A stretch of 64,000 bases of DNA from an uncultured Candidatus Saccharimonadales bacterium. Its GTDB lineage: Bacteria; Patescibacteriota; Saccharimonadia; UBA4664. The stretch is from NCBI GenBank assembly GCA_964467655.1, contig CAYXSN010000004.1, forward strand, positions 19,906-83,905, given 5' to 3'. The translations under genes were made by a program, and so were the position numbers. The notes below the pieces were generated by a model that saw only the letters and a list, made by a program, of their open reading frames with translations, did no database searches and was not told where the DNA came from. Position 1 is the stretch's first letter, and every line of letters starts with the position of its first letter. Positions 37,308 to 46,515 of this stretch are shown piece by piece.

Positions 37308-38534
37308 ATGTTGTACTTCAAGAATTCTGAACTCACCAAAACCTATAAAGTAGCACTCAATACCGTCCTTGGCTGGATTAAGGCGGCTCAAAACGGCAAG
37401 CTCGACCTCGGACTCGTTAAGGTCAACGAGCGCTATTATATTGCCAACACTGCCAAGAACGTCGCCGTCTTGGGCCAGCTCGTGGAAGAGCGCAAGAAAT
37501 ACCGCAACAGCCGGAATGCCCGCGTCACCACGCCGCTGCCTAAGTTTTATGAGCTTTTTACTCAAACTCAGCTGCTCGATATTATCTCGAGCCTCGATAT
37601 CCATCATGAGATCCCCTTCCAGTACAGCTATTTTGACGGCGGAGCTGATGTCTGGAACGATTACGCCAACCGTATGGTGAGTGATCCAGCGCCCAATCTG
37701 TTGACGCGTACTATCAAGCTATTAGAGCTGAATGGTACTTATCTTGATGAACTATTTGCCCCATACGAGAAAGTTAATCTCGTTGATCTGGGTCCTGGTA
37801 ATGGTTTGCCGGTGAAGGAACTGCTCGGCAAACTGCTCGAGCAGGGTATTTTGCATAAGTATATTGCCCTCGATATCAGTCCGACGATCCTTGAAAACAC
37901 TCGGGCCAACATTAAAACCTGGTTTGGTGATGACAGTTTCGTCGAGGGCCACGTCGTAGACTTAACCCAAGACAGGTTTGGTCATTTATTGGTAGACCCC
38001 CGTGTCGAAGAGGGCAAATTGATTAATTTGGTCGTATTTCTCGGTGGCACCATTTCGAACTTCCGTAATCCAGATGATGTATTGAATATTGTTCATCATA
38101 GCCTTGGCCGGAACGATATCTTTGCCTATTCGCGCAAGCTCGACACAGCCCAGAGTCGTCGCTTTTTTGACTTCAGTAGTAAGCCCGGCCATGCCGCACT
38201 GTCCGAGATTCACAGGATGATGCCGGAGCTCCTCAATATTGATCCTAATTGTTACGAAGTGGAAATGGGTTATGACGGCGTTAAGAATCAGCGGTACATC
38301 CAGATTCGCTTGAAGCAGGCGACGAGATTGGATTTCCACCTCGGTGGAAGTACTCGCTCAGTGAGTTTAGAGAAGGGTGACGCCCTCTTGATCTGGCGGG
38401 CACGGCAGATCAATTCGGTTCAGGTGTTGCAACAATTGATTTCGAACGGCTTTTATCCGCTGCACATTAGTCAGACCAGCGATAAAGAATATATCGTGAC
38501 AATCTCCCGCATCCAGACTGAAACCGACTCATAG
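37308..38534 (+). CDS. EgtD-like SAM-dependent N-methyltransferase (Methyltransf_33 family) with an approximately 100-aa N-terminal extension
   Basis: LVDLGPGNGLPVKELLGKLL...YIALDISPTILENT resembles EgtD (ELGSG..K...LL ... Y.P.D.S). Low GC. Confidence 0.5.
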   Translation: MLYFKNSELTKTYKVALNTVLGWIKAAQNGKLDLGLVKVNERYYIANTAKNVAVLGQLVEERKKYRNSRNARVTTPLPKFYELFTQTQLLDIISSLDIHHEIPFQYSYFDGGADVWNDYANRMVSDPAPNLLTRTIKLLELNGTYLDELFAPYEKVNLVDLGPGNGLPVKELLGKLLEQGILHKYIALDISPTILENTRANIKTWFGDDSFVEGHVVDLTQDRFGHLLVDPRVEEGKLINLVVFLGGTISNFRNPDDVLNIVHHSLGRNDIFAYSRKLDTAQSRRFFDFSSKPGHAALSEIHRMMPELLNIDPNCYEVEMGYDGVKNQRYIQIRLKQATRLDFHLGGSTRSVSLEKGDALLIWRARQINSVQVLQQLISNGFYPLHISQTSDKEYIVTISRIQTETDS

Positions 38535-38759
38535 CTACTTGCGCACCTTTACATATTGGCTTATGATGAATAAAGAAAGTTCAACATCTGACAGAAGTGT
38601 CACACCAATATAACATAGGAATTTTACCCATGGCGCTGTAATACTCACGATTTTCGGTAATTTGGAATCATTTTTTGTCGACGCGGCTGACACCAGTTTG
38701 GGCACCGCGTTTTTTGATGCCTCTTGCATCTGATGGGGACCCGGACGTACACTCATGCT

Positions 38760-39146
38760 ATGAGTAACGCTAAGATTAAGATTGCGATTATTGAAGACGA
38801 TGCTGCTATCGTTCAGATGTATCAGACTAAGTTTGAGAATGAAGGCTATGAAGTACAGACTGCCGGCGATGGCGTAGCCGGACTGCAGCTGCTGGCCGAT
38901 TTTTTGCCCGATGTCGTTTTGCTCGACCTGATGATGCCCAATATGAACGGCCTCGATATGTTGAGTAAGTTGCGCAATGCTCCGGGTGGCCGTGAAGTGC
39001 GAGTCATTGTGCTTACCAACATGGGCGACACTGAGACGGCAACGAAGGTGTATAAAATGGCGGCCGATGATTATATCGTCAAAGCCGAAATGACGCCGTC
39101 TGAAGTGCTGGGCCGTGTGAAGGAACTGTTGTCAAAGTCCCGGTAG
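38760..39146 (+). CDS. single-domain response regulator (CheY-like), paralog of the 33232..33669 gene
   Basis: ATG 38760 (MSNAKIKIAIIEDD). AT-rich promoter region upstream. Followed by hairpins at 39160..39218. Confidence 0.8.
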   Translation: MSNAKIKIAIIEDDAAIVQMYQTKFENEGYEVQTAGDGVAGLQLLADFLPDVVLLDLMMPNMNGLDMLSKLRNAPGGREVRVIVLTNMGDTETATKVYKMAADDYIVKAEMTPSEVLGRVKELLSKSR

Positions 39147-39204
39147 GAAGGTAGCCCGGGGTAGTCTCCAGATCTGGAAACGACCCCGGGCCGTTGATGC
39201 TCCG

Positions 39205-39879
39205 CTAGCGGAGCATGTCTTTGCGTTCGGCGCCTATACCGAACTGGCGCGAACTGAGTCGTGGCCGGGCGGGCACGCGGCACGTATCGCCGTCGACAGT
39301 GCCGCCCAATATGACTTGGCACTCCTCGGTCGTGACGTCCGAAGCCTTCACCAGCTTAGTGGTGTGATTGCTCACGGGCTCGCCGCGGACCGGGTCGACC
39401 AGCAGCTTGCTGACGCTGGGCGTCTCTCCCTCCAGACCCCTGAGATGGCAGAGCCTGGTGGCGTCAACGTTGGTCTGCTGCCGCTGGCTGAACGAGTAGC
39501 TCACCTGACCCAGGGGAGGTTCGATGATGCCGCGGGCCTGTGCCAGTTTCTGGCATTCGGCGGTAGTTACACCCGACGGCTTATCGTCGAAGTAACTACT
39601 CAACCAGAAGAGGTTACCCAGTAGCAAGACCACGATGGCAATGGCCGCAATGGCCGCAAAGGCAGCCCTCAGGAAGAGCAGCTCAATGAGCCAGGCCAAG
39701 CCCTTCAGTACCAGCCGCAGCAGTTTGAAGGGCGCCTTGATGAGCGCCAGGGGCAGCCGCCAGATGGCAAACCGAGCCAGACGGCCGAGCTGCTTGGCGA
39801 GGCTGAGCCACGCCAAGAACAGGAGGGCGAGGGCATAGTCCCGCGCGATCCTGAGATTACGCATGAACTTGCGCCACAT
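39205..39879 (-). CDS. membrane protein with a Cys-containing extracytoplasmic domain, hypothetical
   Basis: 224 aa. Two TM segments, then a soluble domain. Confidence 0.45.
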   Translation of the reverse strand: MWRKFMRNLRIARDYALALLFLAWLSLAKQLGRLARFAIWRLPLALIKAPFKLLRLVLKGLAWLIELLFLRAAFAAIAAIAIVVLLLGNLFWLSSYFDDKPSGVTTAECQKLAQARGIIEPPLGQVSYSFSQRQQTNVDATRLCHLRGLEGETPSVSKLLVDPVRGEPVSNHTTKLVKASDVTTEECQVILGGTVDGDTCRVPARPRLSSRQFGIGAERKDMLR

Positions 39880-39958
39880 CTTGATGCCTCCTTGGACGAG
39901 GGTTGCGTGAAGGTGCCCAAATGAACTGATATATTATATCATAATTTATAAACTATGT

Positions 39959-40732
39959 CTACTTTTGTTGAGTTTGGGCGGCTATCAGGAGGTTATCGAA
40001 CAGGCAGGCTACCGTCATAGGGCCAACACCACCAGGGTTGGGGGTAAGTATCAGGTCCGGGCGGCTATACACCTCGGGCGCAAATTCGGGGGCTGGTGAG
40101 CCGGCATCAACGCCGACAGCACCGCTTTTGAGCATAGCGCTCTTGATGAGGTGCGCTTGGCCGGTAGCGCTCAGTACCATGTCGGCGTCATTGATGGCCG
40201 CAGCCAGGTCAGGCGTGTTGATGTCGCAACGGATAACGTGGTGGCCGGTGACTTCAAGCCTGTCAGCCAACGGTTTGCCGATGAGGCGGCCCTGGCCGAC
40301 CACGGCGATCTGCCCGCCGATCGTAACGTCATAGGCGGCCAGCAACCAGAGGACGGCCTTGGGCGTTGTGGCCTCAAACGGTGAATGAGGCCCGAGGCCA
40401 TCGACGTCTTTGGTCGGCGGGACAGCGGCTAGGGCCTGATCGGTGAGAGCGGCGTCAGGTAAGGGCAGCTGGACGATTATGCCTGTGACATCGGGATCGG
40501 CTCCCAGTTGTTTGATGCGCTCAAGCAGGTGCTCTGGTTTTTCACTATATATTGATACGGTCACCCCAATGGCCTGGCCGTAGGCGGCTTTGGCCTTCAA
40601 GTATTTCTCGGCGGCCACATTGTCGTCTGACTTAATAATGGCCAGGTGGGGCGGCCGGTCGAAAGAGGCAGCGAGAGCCTGATGGCGGGCTTGCAAAAAA
40701 AGGGCGATTTCACTGCCTTTGAGAATCTTCAT
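39959..40732 (-). CDS. folD: bifunctional methylenetetrahydrofolate dehydrogenase/cyclohydrolase
   Basis: ATG 40732 (MKILKGSEIA). The FolD fold is consistent throughout, including VVGQGRLIGKPLA. Confidence 0.8.
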   Translation of the reverse strand: MKILKGSEIALFLQARHQALAASFDRPPHLAIIKSDDNVAAEKYLKAKAAYGQAIGVTVSIYSEKPEHLLERIKQLGADPDVTGIIVQLPLPDAALTDQALAAVPPTKDVDGLGPHSPFEATTPKAVLWLLAAYDVTIGGQIAVVGQGRLIGKPLADRLEVTGHHVIRCDINTPDLAAAINDADMVLSATGQAHLIKSAMLKSGAVGVDAGSPAPEFAPEVYSRPDLILTPNPGGVGPMTVACLFDNLLIAAQTQQK

Positions 40733-40805
40733 AGCTGCAAGTAAGTATACCTCATAATAAAAGAAAGACCCGCCACAGGCGATGCCAGCAGCGGGTGCAA
40801 GTTTG

Positions 40806-40884
40806 GGGCTGACCCCCGGGTGTCGCATGAGAACTCCGAAGGGGAGCCCGTCTCATACGATCGACCCGGGGGTCAGCTTTTTCC
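40806..40884 (+). other. long imperfect hairpin plus T-run (orphan intrinsic terminator or candidate small RNA 3' end)
   Basis: gctgacccccgggt ... acccgggggtcagc, followed by tttttcc. No plus-strand CDS lies upstream. Confidence 0.35.
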
Positions 40885-41378
40885 TCCTGATACAGCGGAG
40901 ATTGATCACGCTGGATCAGAAGTGGAGTACCCTGCGGCGATAGTGACTCATCAAAATCGACGCAGGGTAGCAATAGGTGGCCACCCGACCGTATCAGTCG
41001 CGCGCGTCCCAAGATCGGCACAAGGGAGCGCAGCGGTACTGACAGGGAATCGGCCGGGTGGCCAGGAGGTTCAGACGAACTCGAGATCTGCGCGAACGGG
41101 TTACCGTTCCACGAGTTGGAGGTTATACTCCTCCCGGCCCGCTACAGCAGCATACCTTGAGGTTGTCTGAACAGAACTCTGAACAGAACTTGTTGTTAAC
41201 TATGCCCCGTGGAGCGACCGTTGGTGCCATTTGGCACACACTTTCTACACGGTCTTGGGGCATTAGCAGCAGCCGACTTAATGCCCTTACGGGGATCTGT
41301 CAGTTACCTGACAAATCTTGTCGACTGCCACGACCTAGCGGAGCTTTCCGCATCGGTTGTCATGCATTATTGCACTGT

Positions 41379-41394
41379 TTGACAAAATTGTCAA
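41379..41394. promoter_or_regulatory. perfect 16-bp palindrome TTGACAAAATTGTCAA (candidate transcription-factor site upstream of cydAB)
   Basis: Seen directly. Centred about 65 bp upstream of the predicted TSS. Confidence 0.5.
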
Positions 41395-41421
41395 TAGCTA
41401 TGTGTAGATTGTAGTCACTCA

Positions 41422-41451
41422 TTGCACCGAACAGGCAGCCCGGCGTATAAT
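41422..41451 (+). promoter_or_regulatory. predicted sigma70 promoter TTGCAC-N18-TATAAT for cydAB
   Basis: Hexamers at 41422..41427 and 41446..41451. Confidence 0.5.
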
Positions 41452-41499
41452 CATAAGCGTAATAAGGTGAGCCTGGAAAGGCCGATAACAACAATCATT

Positions 41500-42807
41500 A
41501 TGGATACTCTTACTCAAACGGCGTTCGGTCGGGCCCTGATCGGCGACTCTTTGATGTTCCATCTCTTATTTATTACTTTCGGTGTGGGTATGCCACTGCT
41601 GATTGGCCTGCTTGAATATATGGCAATCAGGACCGGTGACAATAAATGGCGGCAGACAGCCAGGGCTTGGTCGAAGGTGTTTGTGCTGTTGTTTATAACT
41701 GGAGCTATTTCGGGCACCATGATTGCGGTGCAATTGGGTATGGTATGGTCGAGATTTATGGCCATCGCCGGTCCAGTGATGGGTTTTGCGTTCTTTAGCG
41801 AAGGCTTGGCCTTCTACGTGGAGGCGGCTTTCTTGGGCTTGTACATGCTCACATGGGACCGACTGAAAGGCTGGGCCCATTTGGGGCTCCTGATACCCGT
41901 GGGCATTGCGGCTTCGCTCTCGGCGTTCCTCATTACTAGCGTGAACGCCTGGATGAACGCACCACAGGGTTTCAGACTCCAAAACGGCCTACCGGTGGAT
42001 GTGGAGCCTCTGCGGGCCATGTTTAACCCGGCTCTGTTTACCACCTACACTCATTCATTGGTGGGCTACTTTTTGACAGCTGCGGCGGCTGGGGCGGCCT
42101 ACTATGCCTGGCGCTGGTTGAAACGCCCGGCCGCCCGGACGCCTCATGACGCCCAAGTGATAGGCCTCATGCTGGGCGTGATGTTGGTGATGGCTGGCCT
42201 GATGGGCCTCACTGGCGATGCCTCAGCTAAGTACCTGGCCGAGTACGAGCCAGCCAAACTGGCGGCAGCCGAAGCCTTGTTTACCACCACCGCTGGAGCA
42301 CCCCTGACTGTCGGCGGCGTGCTGGTGGACGGTGTGTGGCATGGAACGATTGCTATCCCCAATTTGCTGAGCTGGCTGGCCACCGGCAATACTAACGCCA
42401 CCATTACCGGCCTCGACCAAATTCCCCGATCAGATTGGCCGCCGCTACAAATCCACTATTTCTTTGATGGCATGGTCGCCATTGGCTTTGCGCTCCTGGG
42501 TCTGGTGGCCTTGTATTGGTTACTCTACTGGAAGCGCCGCAAACTGACGACCAGTCGGCCGTTGTTGTGGGCCCTGGTGGCAGCGGCACCGTTGTCCATG
42601 GTGGCTCTGCAACTTGGCTGGCTAGTGACCGAAATCGGTCGGCAGCCCTACACAATCGCCGGCCTCCTATTGACCCGTGACTCGATTACCGCCTCCCAGG
42701 ATGTAGTACGGGCTGCTGTAATTTTCCCCGTGTTGTACATTCTCATGCTCATAGTTACTATTTGGGTCCTGGTGCGCTGGCACCAGGGGAAGGAGCACAT
42801 ATCATGA
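41500..42807 (+). CDS. cydA: cytochrome bd ubiquinol oxidase subunit I
   Basis: ATG 41500 (MDTLTQTAFGRALIGDSLMFHLLF). Typical CydA N-terminus and a polytopic body. Confidence 0.85.
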   Translation: MDTLTQTAFGRALIGDSLMFHLLFITFGVGMPLLIGLLEYMAIRTGDNKWRQTARAWSKVFVLLFITGAISGTMIAVQLGMVWSRFMAIAGPVMGFAFFSEGLAFYVEAAFLGLYMLTWDRLKGWAHLGLLIPVGIAASLSAFLITSVNAWMNAPQGFRLQNGLPVDVEPLRAMFNPALFTTYTHSLVGYFLTAAAAGAAYYAWRWLKRPAARTPHDAQVIGLMLGVMLVMAGLMGLTGDASAKYLAEYEPAKLAAAEALFTTTAGAPLTVGGVLVDGVWHGTIAIPNLLSWLATGNTNATITGLDQIPRSDWPPLQIHYFFDGMVAIGFALLGLVALYWLLYWKRRKLTTSRPLLWALVAAAPLSMVALQLGWLVTEIGRQPYTIAGLLLTRDSITASQDVVRAAVIFPVLYILMLIVTIWVLVRWHQGKEHIS

Positions 42808-43739
42808 CTGGCGATTACCAAACAGCGGCTATAGCCATGGCGGCAATTCCTTTGGCCTTTGCCATCTTGTACGGCATCTTTGGCGGTATTGAATTTGGGT
42901 TGCCACTCGCGGCGTTACTTCACGACAAAGAGGGCTCAGATAAAGCGTGGCGGTACTTCTCTCCTATCTGGGAGAGTACCAATGTTTTCCTGGTAGGCGT
43001 GGTGGCGGCCGTGATGACCATTTTTGGCTCCGGGCTGCCTCTCTTGAGTGCTTTGTTGCAACCTTTGTGGCTAGTGGCCGCCGGTGCTCTGGCGGTGCGC
43101 GGAGTGTTAATCGTCGGTATCTATTATGGTGGCTGGCGCAACTGGGCAGTCCAGGTACTGTTGGCTGTCGTCAGCTTGGCGATACCGGCGGTGCTGGTAC
43201 AAAACTGTACCATATTGCTGACTGGTGATGCCGACCTGCTCAACCACCTAGGCCTTGTGGTGGCCTTAGGCACACTGGCTGTCAGTTTGGCCGTGGCGCT
43301 ATGGGCCGGCTACTTTTATGAGCCCGGTAAGCCCAGCCGCGATCTGGCCCGCTTAGGTTTCTGGTTGGCCCTCATGTTGTCCTGGTTTACCCTGCCCCTG
43401 GCGTTGGCGCTTGACGGGAGCGTGTTGTCTGATGGCCGCAACGTGCTGTCGGTAATGTGGCCGGTATACGGCCTGAGCCTGGTCGCTATATTAGCACTGG
43501 CCAGCGAGTGGCGGCGACGATACTGGGTAGCCAGTGCCTTGTTGACGGCCAGCGTGAGCATCACGTTATTTGTCGCCCAAATGCCCTATCTCATTCGACC
43601 GACAGTCTTGCTGGCCGACATGATGACGAATGGTTTCTCGCAAGTGTGGATTGCGGCTGCCTTTGGGGTGGCCGTGTTCGTGGTGGTGCCGGTGCTTTGG
43701 GTGACCCACCGGCTGGTGGGATCGAGCCTGAAGCGCTAG
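42804..43739 (+). CDS. cydB: cytochrome bd ubiquinol oxidase subunit II
   Basis: ATGA overlap with cydA. 311 aa, polytopic. Confidence 0.8.
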   Translation: MTGDYQTAAIAMAAIPLAFAILYGIFGGIEFGLPLAALLHDKEGSDKAWRYFSPIWESTNVFLVGVVAAVMTIFGSGLPLLSALLQPLWLVAAGALAVRGVLIVGIYYGGWRNWAVQVLLAVVSLAIPAVLVQNCTILLTGDADLLNHLGLVVALGTLAVSLAVALWAGYFYEPGKPSRDLARLGFWLALMLSWFTLPLALALDGSVLSDGRNVLSVMWPVYGLSLVAILALASEWRRRYWVASALLTASVSITLFVAQMPYLIRPTVLLADMMTNGFSQVWIAAAFGVAVFVVVPVLWVTHRLVGSSLKR

Positions 43740-43759
43740 AGCGAGAGCTGGCGTATGGG

Positions 43760-44620
43760 TTAAAGCGCCTGGAGCAATTTGATGGCGGTTTGAGCCTGCA
43801 GCGTTTGTTCGTCGACATCACCATGGACTTTGTTGATGTGCCAGGCGAGCTGAGCCAGTATCTTGTGGACAGCGTAAATATAAATGGCTGGTTTGGTGGA
43901 CACGGCCAGCAACTGCTGCATAACGATGTCGGCGATTTCAGGCGTGCCCACGACAGAGTACCACAGACCTACCAGATCAATCGCCCTGTCGCCGTAGCCG
44001 GCTTGGTCCCAGTCGAGTACACCTGAAACCTGGTCATTTGTGAAGAAGATCTGGCTGATGTTGAAATTGCCATGGACCAGATCGGTTTTGGGTAACACGG
44101 TGCCCTGCAAGCCGGCAACCAGGCCTTCGGCGGCAGTTACTATCGCTGACGTAGCGGGCGAGAACTGCATGAGAGCCCTTACGTTCCCCGATTCACCCCT
44201 GAAGACCACGTCTGAGATATACCAGACCCAATCCTGACCCTGGACTTCAGATATCACCTGGCCGCCTTGGATTTCAACGAGTTGGAGGATATTTTTGATT
44301 TGGTCGGCGGTGGGCGCACCAATGACGGGGCCGCCGACGAGCTCAGTTTCCAGCCAGAATGAACCTGAGTCTGAGGCACCAATGTACGTGTAGGTGGGCA
44401 CCGGATACCCGAGCGGCCGCAAATGGTCTGTGGCTGCCCGCCCCCTTTTGACCTGGTCGGCCCAGCGTGGGTTATTACTGAGCTTGAGGATGGCGTTTTG
44501 ACCTGTGGCATCAACTACCCGATAGGCGCCCTGGTCTTCGCCGCCGGCCAAGCGACCCACCAGCGAGTATTTCACCGGCTGGTCGGCGTTGATGAGATCA
44601 ATGGCTGCTTCGGGACCCAT
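43760..44620 (-). CDS. phosphotransferase enzyme family (APH/choline-kinase-like) protein
   Basis: Brenner-like LVHGNFNISQI and DWDQAGYGDRAIDL motifs. Confidence 0.65.
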   Translation of the reverse strand: MGPEAAIDLINADQPVKYSLVGRLAGGEDQGAYRVVDATGQNAILKLSNNPRWADQVKRGRAATDHLRPLGYPVPTYTYIGASDSGSFWLETELVGGPVIGAPTADQIKNILQLVEIQGGQVISEVQGQDWVWYISDVVFRGESGNVRALMQFSPATSAIVTAAEGLVAGLQGTVLPKTDLVHGNFNISQIFFTNDQVSGVLDWDQAGYGDRAIDLVGLWYSVVGTPEIADIVMQQLLAVSTKPAIYIYAVHKILAQLAWHINKVHGDVDEQTLQAQTAIKLLQAL

Positions 44621-44656
44621 ATGAGATTAGTGTAGCATAAGCTTATTGTGGGAGCC

Positions 44657-45775
44657 CTAGAGCTCACTGCCAACGGCTTCACCGATGGTGCCGTAGCCAT
44701 CTTGGTCGAGCAACTTGACCAGACCGTTATTGATCTGGCCGACTACTTGGGGTCCTTGATAGATCAACCCCGTGATCATTTCAACCAGGTTGGCACCCAG
44801 CTTGATCTTCTGGTAGGCATCGGCGGCCGAGAACACCCCACCGACACCAATGATGACAAACCGGTCTTCAAAATGGCGGCGCGTTTGGGCAATGAGCCGG
44901 TTGGAGCGCTCAAAAGTAGGCCGGCCACTGAGTTTGCCCTTGACGTGTTCAGGCAGGTGGGATTTGAGTTTGACCTGGTTGCGGTACGCAAGGTTGGCAA
45001 TGGTCAGGGCCGCCACTTCATGCTTGGCCGCCACTTCGGCCAATGCCCTAAACTTGGGCCAATCGAGGTGGTTGGGCATTTTGATACACAGCGGCAGTTG
45101 CAACTTGAGCTCGTCGGTGGCCGCCAGCAGGGCCTCGAGCAATTCCGGCGTGGTAAAAGGCTGGCCGCCATAGGTGTTGGGGCAGGAGATATTGAGGGTG
45201 ACGAGCTGGCCAACCCCTGACTCCTGAATCAGCTTGAGGCTACCAATGTAGTCGGCCACGGCGGTTTCGGTAGTGCAGGCCTCAGGTGAGTTGGTTTTGG
45301 CAACCGAAATGTTGAGCGGGAAATCGGCTGGCAGGTGCTGGGACTGCAGGCGGGCGATTACGCGACGAGCACCATGATTGGCCAGACCGGCGTTGACTAC
45401 CAAGCTGTGGTCAGCAGGCAAACGGTAGAACCACGGCTTGGGGTTGCCGCGGCAGACTTCGTAGGTAATGGAGCCGCCTTCCATGAAGCCGAAACCGACC
45501 GCGTGCATCAACCTGACCAGTTCAAAGTTTTTGTCGAGACCGGCGGATAGTCCGAGGGGATTGGCGAAATGGAGGCCGAGGACATTTTGACTGAGCCGTG
45601 GGTCATGATAAGCCCACGAAGCTGTCATCAGCGCCCTTAAGGGAGCGATTTTTTGGACCTGGCGGCCACTCGCCACCATGTGGTGGTGGGCCCTGTCGGG
45701 TGTCAGTCGAAAGAGCAGTGGTTTGGCGAGGTACCGGTAACCTTTGGTGGTCAGAGTGGCGAGAACGGCCTTCAT
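44657..45775 (-). CDS. pyrD: dihydroorotate dehydrogenase (quinone), class 2
   Basis: 372 aa. N-terminal membrane-association extension. Conserved DHODH-2 pattern (GLDKNFE, NISCPNT, GGV). Confidence 0.85.
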   Translation of the reverse strand: MKAVLATLTTKGYRYLAKPLLFRLTPDRAHHHMVASGRQVQKIAPLRALMTASWAYHDPRLSQNVLGLHFANPLGLSAGLDKNFELVRLMHAVGFGFMEGGSITYEVCRGNPKPWFYRLPADHSLVVNAGLANHGARRVIARLQSQHLPADFPLNISVAKTNSPEACTTETAVADYIGSLKLIQESGVGQLVTLNISCPNTYGGQPFTTPELLEALLAATDELKLQLPLCIKMPNHLDWPKFRALAEVAAKHEVAALTIANLAYRNQVKLKSHLPEHVKGKLSGRPTFERSNRLIAQTRRHFEDRFVIIGVGGVFSAADAYQKIKLGANLVEMITGLIYQGPQVVGQINNGLVKLLDQDGYGTIGEAVGSEL

Positions 45776-46515
45776 TCTTTCATTATACGCTCGGCAGCCA
45801 CAATCACTCTTTGGGTGAATGTGCCTTTGCTTTCGTCGAAGGTGCCGGCGCAGGTAATCAGGTTGAGTTGGGAGGTAACATTGGGTAGCTTGTCGTATAA
45901 ATGTTTGGTGGCTTCGGCGAGTACGTAGGTGGTCGTAGTTTTGACCTTAAATTGCCGCCGGCTGCCGTCGCCATATTCAATCGCAAACTCTTGGCCCGGC
46001 ACAGCGTCAGCTAAATGGGCGAAAATTCCTGGGCCATAGGCGCCTTGCAGGTGGCCGTCAAGCACTGCCACACCTTCTTCGCCGGGCCGCGGACCATCAA
46101 CGTACCAACCGGCCAAGTAAATATTGGTGGGCACTGCCATGGAGCCATCGGGCAGTCGACCGACTTTCTGGATGAAACCTTTGGCGTGAATGTTGGGCAT
46201 GTCTAATAGTCTTGGTTGGTCGGCTGGCACTGTGTACGCGACATCAGGCTTGATCGGGGTCTCATCGGGGCGGCCTATGGGTTGGGTAACGGTTTGGGCG
46301 GTGGCAGGTAAGACGTGAGCAATAGGAGTGTGAGTGACCCGGTAGCGCGTCCACCAACCCCACGTCGCGTACAAGCCAAGCAGCGCACCGACGGCTAATA
46401 TTGCCAAGCTGACGCGCTGACGACTGCCCACGGCTACACCGCGCTGGCGCTGATATCTAAAGTTGGGCGACTTAAAGCTTTTCACTCGGACGGCGGAACC
46501 GGTTGGCCAGAACAA
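45772..46515 (-). CDS. sortase (cysteine transpeptidase)
   Basis: TM anchor and catalytic LITC(AGTF) near the C-terminus. The start codon is uncertain (TTG 46515 or GTG 46488). Confidence 0.75.
   Translation of the reverse strand: MFWPTGSAVRVKSFKSPNFRYQRQRGVAVGSRQRVSLAILAVGALLGLYATWGWWTRYRVTHTPIAHVLPATAQTVTQPIGRPDETPIKPDVAYTVPADQPRLLDMPNIHAKGFIQKVGRLPDGSMAVPTNIYLAGWYVDGPRPGEEGVAVLDGHLQGAYGPGIFAHLADAVPGQEFAIEYGDGSRRQFKVKTTTTYVLAEATKHLYDKLPNVTSQLNLITCAGTFDESKGTFTQRVIVAAERIMKE

Noticed and set aside
38535-38756. 73-aa minus-strand ORF
   Set aside because: It lies in an AT-rich promoter region upstream of the response-regulator gene and has no RBS. It is judged non-coding.
41422-41499. Extended N-terminus of cydA starting at 41422 (MHRTGSPAYNHKRNK...)
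   Set aside because: It overlaps the predicted -35/-10 promoter and has no RBS. ATG 41500 gives the canonical CydA N-terminus MDTLTQTAFGRALIGDSLMFHL.
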